From: Candidatus Bathyarchaeum tardum
GTDB taxonomy: Archaea; Thermoproteota; Bathyarchaeia; Bathyarchaeales; Bathyarchaeaceae
Length of the DNA: 64,000 nucleotides
Direction of reading: 5' to 3'
NCBI GenBank assembly: GCA_024650005.2
Contig: CP122380.1
Location: forward strand, 1,728,001 to 1,792,000
The translations under genes were made by a program, and so were the position numbers. Under the pieces are notes generated by a model. The model saw only the letters and a program-made list of their open reading frames with translations, made no database searches and was not told the origin of the DNA. Positions 25,426 through 35,788 of this stretch are shown here, one piece after another. Each line of letters starts with the position of its first letter. Position 1 is the first letter of the stretch.

Positions 25426-27966
25426 TTATTTGCGTTTTAGGAACCAGTAAGCGGCTACGCCGATTACTGCGGCTACTGCAACTGCTGCGATGATTGCAAT
25501 TTCTGTTGTAATGAAGGAAGTTGCGGGTTCTTGGGTTTCTACTGGTGTTTCAACGTCAACGGGTTCTTCTGGTTCAATTGGTGCTGATACTGCAGGTGCA
25601 GGGTCAACGGTCAGGTAAGTTGTGGTTGTTGAGCCATAATATGCGCCAGAGCCTTGAAAGGTAGCATAGATTTGGTATGTGCCTTCCATTTCTGGTTTAA
25701 AGGCCAAGGCCCAGTTTCCGTAAGCGTCGCTGATAGTTCGGCTAATGTCCATGTAGTGACCGCTAGGATCGATTGCAAATAGGATCACTTCAACACCTTC
25801 AATGTCTTCGGGCATTGCAAATTGTTTGTAAACATGTAGCATCCATGCGCTCATGTCTTCGTCAGAGATTGCGGGTACACCATTGGGGAATCTTGTAGTC
25901 AAAGAGATGTCTTGTGTTCCTGGAGAAACGTCCATTATAGTTCCAGTGATTTGTGCGCTAGATCCAACTGTTACACCAGAAGAGGGTGCTTGAGCGGTTA
26001 GTGCACTTGGACCTTTGCCAATTGCGTAGATTTGTTGGTCATAAGTGTCCATTCCAACTATAATGCTGTCACCGATGATTGCTCGTCCTCCCCATCGAGT
26101 GGTACGGAAAGCTCCATCGATTCTCCAGATTTCTTCACCAGTCAATGCGTCAAGGCATACGAAGGGTGCACCTCTTGGTCGTGGATCCACTGCAGAGTGT
26201 TCAGTGTGGGCTACGTAGATTTTGCCGTCAGTGATGAACATTGGTTTAACCCACCAGTTGTTTGACCATAGCATTTCAGAGTATGGGTCAGTTACTTGGT
26301 AGGTCCATTCAACATCACCAGTTAGAACGTCATAGCAGTAAACTAATCCACCAATGCTGGCTGAATAGAGTTTACCATAAGCAATGTGTCGGACATTTGC
26401 TGGAGAGTCTTCAAGTGCGTTTAGATAGTGTTCCGATGGAGTTGGACCCCACATGTATCTTCCAGTTTCAGTACTAAAGCCATAGTGTTCACGGAGTTCT
26501 CGGATATACAGGACAATAGCGCCGTCTTCAAGACTTGAGGCAACAAAACCACCCATAGCGCCTGATACAGTTACGTTAGCGTCAAACCAATAGTCAGGTG
26601 CGTTATAGGTTTCGTCGAATAAAACATCACCTTCGTCACCAGATTTCAGGCTTAATCCAACTAGGGTAACTTCTTTAGTAGAGGATGAACCTAAGATTAC
26701 ACGGTCCTCAATTCCTGCAACAACAATGCTGCCTGGTGCATCTTCTGGAATTGAAACGTTCCAAAGCCAACCAGCGGAAAGTTCGTTTGCATCATAGGTT
26801 TTCATTTCTATTGTGTTTCCCCAGCTGCCGTCACCGTAACCAGTTGCAGTACTGATGAGGGCGTCGTTCATGGACCATAAGGCCATCCAATCGTTTTGTG
26901 CGTTGACACGTAGGATGTAGATTTCGTTGTGTGGACCGTATAGTCTAGTTCCTGAAGGAATGTTGTTTATAGTGAATCTCCAATCGCCAGTGTAGGCGTC
27001 AAATGCATTCCATTGGCTTCCAATATTTGCGTACAGATATGAGAATCCACCGTGGTAGTTCATTCCATCCCAGTATAGGTTTTGAGCAAAGGAAATTGAC
27101 CTATTGTCAAGGAAAACTTTGCGCCAAATTTCTTCACCAGTTGTAAGATCAACACAAACGGTTTCACGTTTGGTTATAGGTCGTGAACCGCCAGTTTCAT
27201 AGTAAAGTCGTCCATTCAGGATGTATCTTACTGGGAATTTGCCTTCATATGCATCTCCAGTTCCCATACTGAGTCCACCTAAGTTTCCTCCAACAAGTCC
27301 ACCGAAGACATCTAATTCTTTGTTCCATAGGATGTGTGCTGTTTCTGGACCTTCGTTGTATGGTGCATACACATTTAGGAGTTCAAGATTATCAGTCCAG
27401 CTTCCTGAAATTGTGTTCCATTCTCTGAGTTGTGCATCAATTGGGCGGTCCCAATAGAATGTTGGTTTGGGGTGTCCGGGGTGATATTCGATTGGATCTG
27501 CAAGTACTTGTAGTTCGAGTTCTTCACTGTAGCTTTCTAGGTAAGTTAGGTTACCTTGGTACTGTGAGAAAAATCCAGTGACTATAGCCCATTGTTCGGG
27601 GAAGTGAGTTTGCAGGGTGTATATTCCAGACATTGTAGGAACAAAAACGTCACCAGTTCCACCGGTTGAGTCAGTTCGGTATGGACCAAGGGTTTCAACT
27701 GAGCCATCTGGTTTAGTCACGATTACAGTCATATCTTCCCAACCATCTGCGGCAGATTGAAGATAGTCTGTAATACCAATGTGCAGCAATACTGGCTGAC
27801 CAACACCTACAGGATTAGGCATTGCACCAATGTATGCAACTGTTGCTTTAGTACGAATTTGTTCTTGTGCAGATACAGCAGGCAAAGCGACGATAATAGC
27901 AGAAATAGCGAGTAATAGAACCAAAGTGATAGTAGCAATTTTTGAATTTACATTCAAGTTTTTCAT
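25426..27966 (-). CDS. PQQ-like beta-propeller cell-surface protein
   Basis: PNPVGVGQ, SDxTG-type motif (TDSTGG), C-x-D-x-x-TGE-x-x-W repeats, GVPAISDEDM, C-terminal TM + KRK. Confidence 0.85.
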   Translation of the reverse strand: MKNLNVNSKIATITLVLLLAISAIIVALPAVSAQEQIRTKATVAYIGAMPNPVGVGQPVLLHIGITDYLQSAADGWEDMTVIVTKPDGSVETLGPYRTDSTGGTGDVFVPTMSGIYTLQTHFPEQWAIVTGFFSQYQGNLTYLESYSEELELQVLADPIEYHPGHPKPTFYWDRPIDAQLREWNTISGSWTDNLELLNVYAPYNEGPETAHILWNKELDVFGGLVGGNLGGLSMGTGDAYEGKFPVRYILNGRLYYETGGSRPITKRETVCVDLTTGEEIWRKVFLDNRSISFAQNLYWDGMNYHGGFSYLYANIGSQWNAFDAYTGDWRFTINNIPSGTRLYGPHNEIYILRVNAQNDWMALWSMNDALISTATGYGDGSWGNTIEMKTYDANELSAGWLWNVSIPEDAPGSIVVAGIEDRVILGSSSTKEVTLVGLSLKSGDEGDVLFDETYNAPDYWFDANVTVSGAMGGFVASSLEDGAIVLYIRELREHYGFSTETGRYMWGPTPSEHYLNALEDSPANVRHIAYGKLYSASIGGLVYCYDVLTGDVEWTYQVTDPYSEMLWSNNWWVKPMFITDGKIYVAHTEHSAVDPRPRGAPFVCLDALTGEEIWRIDGAFRTTRWGGRAIIGDSIIVGMDTYDQQIYAIGKGPSALTAQAPSSGVTVGSSAQITGTIMDVSPGTQDISLTTRFPNGVPAISDEDMSAWMLHVYKQFAMPEDIEGVEVILFAIDPSGHYMDISRTISDAYGNWALAFKPEMEGTYQIYATFQGSGAYYGSTTTTYLTVDPAPAVSAPIEPEEPVDVETPVETQEPATSFITTEIAIIAAVAVAAVIGVAAYWFLKRK

Positions 27967-28173
27967 TCTTTTTCACCTTTTTTCGATGTCATAGTAATAA
28001 AGGGCAAGCTTATTTAAAATTTGTTGCAAGACACAGAAAAAAAACAAATAGATTAATAATAAAAAAGTGAAAAACATTAATCTTTTCGCATAAAAAACAT
28101 TGTTAGATATACGTATAATCCAGTAATGTAGAAACAAAACAGAACCGAAATCATAGCTCAGCGTATTCAATGA

Positions 28174-28962
28174 CTAAAAAAGAAAAGCACCCAATAGGTA
28201 CCAGACGATGTCACCGTAAGTTAATGCGATAATTAAGCCCGCGGTGATAAAAATAAGAAGGGGCAACCCAGGAGTTGCCCACACCCAGCCGTCAGACATA
28301 CTCTCTTTGAGTCGACTGATAATATCTTCTCTTTCGTCATAATCAGGAAAAACTAAAAGTTTTCTTGTTTTTTCTCCAGCTTCATTTATTTCAACGTCTT
28401 CAAGGGGAAACATGTGGCTGGTTTCTAATTTGGACAATTTTATTTTGTAACCACTGATCAAGGCAAGAATTTTTCTTCCAAAAGACTCTTTTTTTAGCCC
28501 TTCAAATATTTTTTCGTTGTTTCGGGTTGTCCAAATGATATTGCGAAAAATTGCAAAAAATACGCTAAGTGCCCCCAATAATACACTGTTGCTAAAGATT
28601 GTTATAGGAAACAGTGGGGAAACAAAACCCGCTGAAGGACCTAAAAGATTGGTTGGATAAACAGGCAACGCTAATGCAATGCACATCAAAGCTTTTGCGT
28701 CTGCACCTCCAAAGCCTCCAACATAAAATATTGCAATAGCCAATCCAGAGGTTATAGCAAAAGATAGGACATAAAAGGTCACCATTTGAAAAGGTTGGGA
28801 AGAGAACAATAAAATTTGTAAACCAGTTAACAAAAGTGCTAACGGTCCAAAAATGACCCAAACTTTGTTGCTTACTTCTCTAGTTTTGTAGTCACTCCAC
28901 GAGGCATATATTAGAAAACTAAGGCATAAAATAATTCGGGCACCATCAAATATTTGGTTCAC
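28174..28962 (-). CDS. Prepilin/prearchaellin peptidase (A24, PibD/FlaK-like)
   Basis: SWSDYKTRE and GGADAK catalytic Asp motifs; WVWATPGLP. Confidence 0.9.
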   Translation of the reverse strand: MNQIFDGARIILCLSFLIYASWSDYKTREVSNKVWVIFGPLALLLTGLQILLFSSQPFQMVTFYVLSFAITSGLAIAIFYVGGFGGADAKALMCIALALPVYPTNLLGPSAGFVSPLFPITIFSNSVLLGALSVFFAIFRNIIWTTRNNEKIFEGLKKESFGRKILALISGYKIKLSKLETSHMFPLEDVEINEAGEKTRKLLVFPDYDEREDIISRLKESMSDGWVWATPGLPLLIFITAGLIIALTYGDIVWYLLGAFLF

Positions 28963-29050
28963 GTTAGATCATCTGCTGCTATATGTTTTAAAAAATGGTA
29001 TAAAAACTAAATGAAATAAAGAATTAATTTGGAAAAGAGGAAGAGAAGGT

Positions 29051-29482
29051 TTATGCTTCTCTGTTGAATGGAATACTAATTCCTTCTTCAGTTCCCATTC
29101 TGAAGTAGTACATGTTTCCGTCAATCCAGTTATGCTGAATTGTAACATTTAGGGTTGAACCAGCAGTAACCATTTGAGTTCCCGGAACAAAATTCGATGA
29201 TTTTTGGATAAGGTTTGAAGCCGAGTCGCCTACATATACGGTATCAATTTTTGCGTCAGCAGTTCCAGAATTGCGCACTATGATTTCGACATAATTGCTA
29301 CCTGAAGTGTAAAATCTTACGTTTTCTACAGTTAAGATTGCGCCTGCGCTGCTAGCAGTGGTTTCAGTGAATGTAATTACCCAAGCGTATGTAACGATGA
29401 CTGCTGCTACTGCAATGACAATCAATAGTAGGGTTGCAAGAATTGGTGAAATTCCTTTCTTTGATTTGATAATGTTCCTCAT
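29051..29482 (-). CDS. Archaeal type IV pilin (probable major pilin)
   Basis: Class III signal KKG|ISPILATLLLIVIAV. Confidence 0.9.
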   Translation of the reverse strand: MRNIIKSKKGISPILATLLLIVIAVAAVIVTYAWVITFTETTASSAGAILTVENVRFYTSGSNYVEIIVRNSGTADAKIDTVYVGDSASNLIQKSSNFVPGTQMVTAGSTLNVTIQHNWIDGNMYYFRMGTEEGISIPFNREA

Positions 29483-29643
29483 GATTAGACTTCCTTTAAC
29501 CAGAAACAGTGGATTATTGTATTTAATACATATGAAATCAGAGTATATATTGCGCCTAAGTGTTTAATTCAGAATCCGAGTTAAACAAAAGATGAATGTT
29601 CTTTAAAAAAACATAAACAATTCATATCAATTTAAAGCACTGT

Positions 29644-30180
29644 TTATTTAACAATTTCGAAAACAAGGGGAGGCGTGATAGTACGCACGTCCAAGCTTAC
29701 TCCAATCAAAGATTCTATGAAACCGCACAAAAACTTTGCATTGCTAATTAATGGAGTTCGGATTATTACAAATTTGTCTTTAAGGTAAAAGTCGCCAAAA
29801 CCTTGAACCCGCAATCGTTTGAATACTTCATCCCATTTCTCTTTGTTGGAGGTTTCAATATCCATGCTGGCTTCCAGTGAAACTTTGGCCATTTTTCCGA
29901 TTTCGTTTCCTACTTCTTTCCATTTATTTTCTGGTATGTTCTTTAGAAGAACGTCAAGAAATTCAACGTTGATGAAAGCTACACGGCTGATGCCAATGTA
30001 GTATTCTCCTGGAAATTTCCAGTCATAAATTCGCATACTGCGATAAACATCAAGCATTTTTGATACTAACGGCTTGATTCCAGGCTCTCGTCCCTGATTA
30101 ATAAGGGAGTCAATATAATCCCGTTCATCTTGATCTAAAATTATTGTTGTTCTTTTTACTGAACGCTCCCGTGGAGCCAT
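29644..30180 (-). CDS. Hypothetical protein, possible RHH + V4R-like regulator
   Basis: KRTTIILD strand-helix-helix start; G-x-EIG...GFG pattern. Confidence 0.5.
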   Translation of the reverse strand: MAPRERSVKRTTIILDQDERDYIDSLINQGREPGIKPLVSKMLDVYRSMRIYDWKFPGEYYIGISRVAFINVEFLDVLLKNIPENKWKEVGNEIGKMAKVSLEASMDIETSNKEKWDEVFKRLRVQGFGDFYLKDKFVIIRTPLISNAKFLCGFIESLIGVSLDVRTITPPLVFEIVK

Positions 30181-30406
30181 GTTTCCCTCTCCGGTATATT
30201 AGTTATGCTCAGAAGCATATTTTATATGTTTCGATTCCGAAGTTTCATGCCCATACTCTTATTCATCAGCTACAAACCCAAAAAAGACTGAAACTGCACT
30301 AATTTGAATAAATAACACAAAAATGTATACGCAGTTCATAAACGTTATTTATTAAAAAAGAAGAACAAGAACAAACAGAATCAACATAACAAGGAAGATT
30401 GAACTT

Positions 30407-30628
30407 ATGCAGCCACCTCTGGTGTATAAAATGAACCTAACAGAGCTTCAAGGAGAAGGAGATTTCCCTTGCCCAAGCTGTGGAACAATCATATCGCCTG
30501 AAGACGAAACAGAAGACGTCTACACAATACTAGATACAAGAGTATGTGACGGAGAATTAGAAGAACTAGAAATACAATGTAACAACTGTAAAAGCAAAAT
30601 CCGATTAACAGGGTTCAATATTTCCTAA
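30407..30628 (+). CDS. Small zinc-ribbon protein
   Basis: CPSCG...CNNC. Confidence 0.75.
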   Translation: MQPPLVYKMNLTELQGEGDFPCPSCGTIISPEDETEDVYTILDTRVCDGELEELEIQCNNCKSKIRLTGFNIS

Positions 30629-30825
30629 GCTTAAAATCAAACAAAACAATTCGGAACATCAGTTTTGATGGTCAAGCATTTTCTAGTTTGCAACATTTAG
30701 ACCAAAATAATTTTGTGGGTTAGTCCAAAGCAACCCAACAACACTAACCCTGACGCCTATATTTTAGGATGCTCCAGACATAAAATATCCCGAGCACATC
30801 AAGATAACACGATTAGTTTGATTAA

Positions 30826-31434
30826 TCATATATCTGCAACAGGTACATCAGAGGTTTTTTCATCGGTTTTTTCCTGAAATGCAAGATCAGGTTGTATACT
30901 AAAAACGGTTTCTGGAAAATCATTGGTTTCTTGCGTGTTCCTGATTAATTCTTGTTTTTGGCGTTTTCCTTTAACATCAAACCATGCCATCATAGCATAA
31001 GGCAAAGACATGTAAGCAGTAGCCAACAACGGATTACGGAATAACGGAGCTAATCCAAGAATTTGATCCAAAGGTCCACCACTGACGTCTGTAACTGCTC
31101 CTTGAACTATGTTGGCTAATACTGCAAGGGTTAAGCAAACAAAAAATTGCATAAGAACCCCGCGTTGTTTTCCCAGAAGCACTGCAGGAATAAATGAAGA
31201 TAACAAAAAAATCCAAGCGAAAGAATGGATAAATACAATCAAATCGATTCTAGTTGCCATCCATTCTCCGACGACAGGAAGTGTTCCCATTATAGAGGTT
31301 GTAATTGTGTTCACAGTTATTTCTGTAAACAATTGGTAGGTCGTCATTAAAGTCCATGCTACCGACATATAAACTGGAGTTAGTAAAGTAGCTTTTCCCA
31401 AGCTCTTTCCCCGTATTTTATTTGGCAACATCAT
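30826..31434 (-). CDS. Hypothetical membrane protein
   Basis: About four hydrophobic segments, acidic tail. Confidence 0.65.
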   Translation of the reverse strand: MMLPNKIRGKSLGKATLLTPVYMSVAWTLMTTYQLFTEITVNTITTSIMGTLPVVGEWMATRIDLIVFIHSFAWIFLLSSFIPAVLLGKQRGVLMQFFVCLTLAVLANIVQGAVTDVSGGPLDQILGLAPLFRNPLLATAYMSLPYAMMAWFDVKGKRQKQELIRNTQETNDFPETVFSIQPDLAFQEKTDEKTSDVPVADI

Positions 31435-31609
31435 GTCTTAAATATTACGGTATCAGAATATGGTTTTTAGCAGTAAAACAAAAAGAGAAAAAAAAATAAA
31501 AAGAAAAAACGAAACTGGATTACAACTATCAGCTTGCAACAAACTACGAACTTCGTAGAAGTCTTGCTGTTAGTTATCCATACGTAGAGATTTTGCTAGC
31601 CTTTGTTGC

Positions 31610-31906
31610 TTAGCTTCGGTTCAAGGTGATCTCGATTGTAGAAATCATCCTTGAGTTGGTTTCTCCTTCCCGTGGTGGCATCTCTTCGGTTCCGATTGTG
31701 ATTTTGTCGACTTTCATTTCTTTGACAAATCTGCGTCTTGCAATTTCGACTGCGTCAACTGCTGTGGTTATTGCTTGTCCTCGTGCTTTTACTGTCACGT
31801 CTTTGGTTTCGGCTCCGCTGAATGCGGTTACGATGCCTAGCACATAATTCATGGGGGGTTTTCTACCTACATATATAATATTTGAGTCGCTAGTTTTTTT
31901 GCTCAT
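31610..31906 (-). CDS. albA: Chromatin protein Alba
   Basis: YVGRKPPMNYV, KARG-x-AI-x-x-AVD, ISTIEI. Confidence 0.95.
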   Translation of the reverse strand: MSKKTSDSNIIYVGRKPPMNYVLGIVTAFSGAETKDVTVKARGQAITTAVDAVEIARRRFVKEMKVDKITIGTEEMPPREGETNSRMISTIEITLNRS

Positions 31907-32004
31907 TTTGCGATTCTCCGTGGTTTGGTGCTGTTAATGTTGGATGGACTGACTTTTAAATCCTCCTGTCCAAATAAAAACAATAAACAATTAACGTTTT
32001 CGCG

Positions 32005-32334
32005 TCAAACTTTCAGGTAACCTTTTCTTCGCAGCCAGTCAACCTGATTTCGTTTATATCGCCATATTACATCGCCGCGTTCGTCAGTTTGGAAATCCCA
32101 AGGAGAAACTAAAACAATGTCTCCTAAACGTATCCACATCCGGCGTTTCATTTTGCCGCGAATCCTGCAGAGGCGTAGACGGCCATCCTGGCAGCTAACC
32201 ATCATTCGGTCGCCGCCTAACATTTGTTTGACGACTCCGAGTACGTCGTTAGCTTCAGGTATCTTGATTGCGTTGTAGTCGTCGCGTTTTACTCTCTTGT
32301 TGCCCACGATATTCCCTCTACATTCCTTTTCCAT
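32005..32334 (-). CDS. eif1a: Translation initiation factor aIF-1A
   Basis: RIRGKMKRRMWIRLGD-x-VLVSPWDFQ; real start probably GTG 32307. Confidence 0.95.
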   Translation of the reverse strand: MEKECRGNIVGNKRVKRDDYNAIKIPEANDVLGVVKQMLGGDRMMVSCQDGRLRLCRIRGKMKRRMWIRLGDIVLVSPWDFQTDERGDVIWRYKRNQVDWLRRKGYLKV

Positions 32335-32425
32335 AATTGCTTACATAACTTAAATAGGTTAGTCTTATTTTGAGGCACAAACAACCTTAATAGGGTTCTC
32401 ATTTTCAAAAAAAAACAACTATTAA

Positions 32426-33199
32426 TTAAAAAAACACAAACAATATCAAAATAAACCCAACAGCCCAACAATAATAAGCAAACAGGTGAAATTTTTCGCT
32501 CAAAACTATCTTTTGCAGCAACTTTAAAGAGGCATAACCAACCAGCATTGAAACAATTACTCCAACTATGATTGGAAGCAAATCTACAGTTCCCAAAACC
32601 AAGTCTTTTAATTCCATTGCAGTTGCTCCAACGATGGCAGGTACAGACAACAAGAAAGAGTACCGAAAAGCCGTTGTTTTGTCAATTTTTCTTAACAATC
32701 CAAAAGATATCGTCAAGCCACTCCGGGATATCCCTGGAACAATGGCTACACCTTGTGCCAAACCAATAAATACCGAATCGAATATTCCCATTTTTTTGTA
32801 GCCTAATCGTTTTTCTGAAATAAACAATACACAACCGGTAATCAGCAATGCTATGCTTACTGCAAACAAGTTAGAAAATAATGAGGTTATTTCACTGTAA
32901 AAGGTCACCCCAATTATTGCGATGGGCACACTTCCTACAATTATGTACAGTGAAAGTTTTCCTTCATCAGTGTTAAAATCTCGTTTAAGCAAAGCTTTCA
33001 GAATAGCCAAAATGTCGTTTCTGAACATCACCAACACCACTATTAACGTGCCAAAATGCAACATCACATCAAAAATTAAAGGCGGATTTAAACCCATAAA
33101 AGTTTGAGCAATCACCAGATGGCCAGAACTAGAAACAGGCAACCATTCAGTTAACCCCTGAATAACAGCAAGAAATATTGCTTCAATTGTGGTCACCAT
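32426..33199 (-). CDS. uppP: Undecaprenyl-diphosphate phosphatase (BacA family)
   Basis: QGLTEWLPVSSSGHL, PGISRSG. Confidence 0.93.
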   Translation of the reverse strand: MVTTIEAIFLAVIQGLTEWLPVSSSGHLVIAQTFMGLNPPLIFDVMLHFGTLIVVLVMFRNDILAILKALLKRDFNTDEGKLSLYIIVGSVPIAIIGVTFYSEITSLFSNLFAVSIALLITGCVLFISEKRLGYKKMGIFDSVFIGLAQGVAIVPGISRSGLTISFGLLRKIDKTTAFRYSFLLSVPAIVGATAMELKDLVLGTVDLLPIIVGVIVSMLVGYASLKLLQKIVLSEKFHLFAYYCWAVGFILILFVFF

Positions 33200-33387
33200 T
33201 AACAGTTCACTCGTTTGGTTAAGTCCTGAACAAAAACGTACCTTTGAATATTTAAAATATTTCAGTAAAAGCAGGGATTCAAAAAGTACAGAATCAGATT
33301 TAGTGTCACTAATTATCCCATATATTTTTGAGCAGTATCAGACCACAATTCAAAGAAAAGAGCAAAACAACTGTACATCAAAAAGGA

Positions 33388-35787
33388 TTAATCCATAGAG
33401 ACAGTTGGAGGATGTGCAACCATAACCCAAAGACCGTTAATTCCAGACTCTGGATAGATGGGTTCTTCATCAAAAGTTACTACAGCACCATACCAAGTTA
33501 TGTCTAGTGCATCATCGAAATCAGTGACTTGATAGACTTCTACAGGATTGAATTCAATTATTCCCATTCTTTCCTGTGTTGCAACACGAACTTCATAAAG
33601 TCTTTGTGAAGAACTTGTACTCAGACTTCGCAATATAACGTATCGACCTTCAGCTGAAAACACATCACTCTCTTCCCATTGATATCCATCTATTCTGCCA
33701 GTCCAAACTGGAGACCCCCAACTTTCGGGGTCGTTGCTCACATAAATTTCGATTCCAGAAGTTCTACCCCAATCATAAGTATCATATGAAGGCTGATAGA
33801 TACTTATTCCTGAAATAGGAATTGTTTCACCCATATCAAAAATAATCCAATGATTCTCGGAAGAATCATGCCGCCAATAAGTGTTTGTGCGGGAATCTAT
33901 CGAATTTCCAGAGCTAGAAGAGCCCCCACATTGACCATAAACTGCATATGGAGTTGTCCAGATTGTTCGATACTCGTTAGTTACCTTAAGGGCACCAGTG
34001 TGGTCTCCTGCAAGGCCGTCAAAAGCATAAAGACCATTGTTAGAAACGTCAGTGACCATTAATCCGCCACCAACATCGTCGAGGATATATTCGCTCCAGT
34101 GATGTTCCCAGCCTCCAGAAGAGGGTGAATTATCAAACAAGTCCGTAGAACCCGTTGTGGTTTCTGTAACTACAGGATAAATTCCACTAGTTCCATCCTC
34201 CGTGTAAGATTTCAATGCTCCATACGCCCATTCACTTGAAAGTTGAATGACACGAAAGTCAGTTATAGTTCGAGGATGACTAACAGACTCTAGAAAAACT
34301 GTTCGCACAGAATAGGTATAATACGGTGCATTAGCAGGCAAAGTCAAGAAGACTTGTACATAAAGGTTAGGACACCCATCAACTCCGTCAGAATATTCTG
34401 GCTCTTGTTGAACAATATCACGAACAATGCCGTTATAAATTACATAAGAAAGCTGATCACCATACTGGGGCGAACCGTCAGGTAAATTAAAATGTGCAAA
34501 ATTTGCTGTACTACGAACTGAAGGATTAGATCGTACACTTGATTCAATCCAAAAGTTGTTGATTGTTAAATCGAGAAACCCATTATACAAAGTTCCAGGA
34601 TTTAAGTCTACGTCATCATCAAAGTAAATGTTTTCCCAAGCATAGGATGTCTGGATTGCAGTATCATTTCCATCCCACCATAGCGTAATTTCATCAATTG
34701 TGTTATTAACCAGAAAAACTAACATGTTATTATTATTAAAAATGCTATTATTTCCTGAAAGTCCAAGAGGAACCGTATAATCAGATGCCCAGTCTTCGAC
34801 CTGAAAAGGAATTTCGCAAGAATTGTCATCTATTGTAGCGTTAACACGAAATGCTTTGATGGAAACAGGAGGAATGGGGTGTGCATCAGGGACCTCTAAA
34901 GGTTGTCCAAGCCATTTTAGTGTCCCATTTTGAAGAAGTTCAATTGCAAAGATGTCAGTTTCTAAAGAGTTATAGATATCCAAAACACCAGTGGATCCCC
35001 AATCAAAATAATAGGTGAAATGAGGAATTCGTGATTCTGAAGCAACACTTTTTTGTGAATAAAATGCAGAAACAAGTAGACCTCTGTTGTCTTCAACTTG
35101 AACTGAGTATGAAGCAGTGTCTACTCCCGAAGGTAAAGTAATGATGTAAAAACCATTAATAATTCTAACTTCAGGTGGATTAATTAATTCCCAAGTTGAA
35201 TCTTCAGTATACGTGAAGAACCAAAAATTTTCTTTACTTAACCCAAGTTCAGGTTCAGAATTGTCTCGAGTAATACTTATGTTAGCAAAACCAAGAGGGG
35301 CTTCTAATATTGTGACATGTAAAGCTGAAGAGGCATGAAATGATACATCATAAATACCAAGAGAGCCAATAGAGTAAGTGACATTCACACTACCCCTACT
35401 GTAGCTGTCAGGCATGAACCAGCGAGTGGAAACATCGGCATATTCACCGTCCAAATCAAGGGTAAAAGTCGGGTTCCATTCAGGATGGGAACGAGCAATA
35501 TTAACTAATCCACTAGAGAGATAACTAGTTGTTTGATTTTTTGCGTATGTTGAATTTCCAGTAACTTGTAGTATAGAACCATAATAACCAACAGTGAAAT
35601 CTAAAATACTTTTGATGTCTGAATTCATTTGTCCAATAACTGACAAAACATTGGAAGATTCAGGCACTTCTGAATGCCGAACATTAGTATAAGTGGATAT
35701 TACAGCAGAAACTAAAATAACAGAAACAAGTAATGCTGCAATTATAGAAAACTGACCTTTATTTGCTCTATTACTGCATTTTTTCAA
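33388..35787 (-). CDS. Large pilin-like adhesin with discoidin/F5-8-type insert
   Basis: Class III signal NKG|QFSIIAALL; ID...TYW...HWIIFDMG...IEIYVS...W...GRYV pattern. Confidence 0.7.
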   Translation of the reverse strand: MKKCSNRANKGQFSIIAALLVSVILVSAVISTYTNVRHSEVPESSNVLSVIGQMNSDIKSILDFTVGYYGSILQVTGNSTYAKNQTTSYLSSGLVNIARSHPEWNPTFTLDLDGEYADVSTRWFMPDSYSRGSVNVTYSIGSLGIYDVSFHASSALHVTILEAPLGFANISITRDNSEPELGLSKENFWFFTYTEDSTWELINPPEVRIINGFYIITLPSGVDTASYSVQVEDNRGLLVSAFYSQKSVASESRIPHFTYYFDWGSTGVLDIYNSLETDIFAIELLQNGTLKWLGQPLEVPDAHPIPPVSIKAFRVNATIDDNSCEIPFQVEDWASDYTVPLGLSGNNSIFNNNNMLVFLVNNTIDEITLWWDGNDTAIQTSYAWENIYFDDDVDLNPGTLYNGFLDLTINNFWIESSVRSNPSVRSTANFAHFNLPDGSPQYGDQLSYVIYNGIVRDIVQQEPEYSDGVDGCPNLYVQVFLTLPANAPYYTYSVRTVFLESVSHPRTITDFRVIQLSSEWAYGALKSYTEDGTSGIYPVVTETTTGSTDLFDNSPSSGGWEHHWSEYILDDVGGGLMVTDVSNNGLYAFDGLAGDHTGALKVTNEYRTIWTTPYAVYGQCGGSSSSGNSIDSRTNTYWRHDSSENHWIIFDMGETIPISGISIYQPSYDTYDWGRTSGIEIYVSNDPESWGSPVWTGRIDGYQWEESDVFSAEGRYVILRSLSTSSSQRLYEVRVATQERMGIIEFNPVEVYQVTDFDDALDITWYGAVVTFDEEPIYPESGINGLWVMVAHPPTVSMD

Positions 35788-35788
35788 A

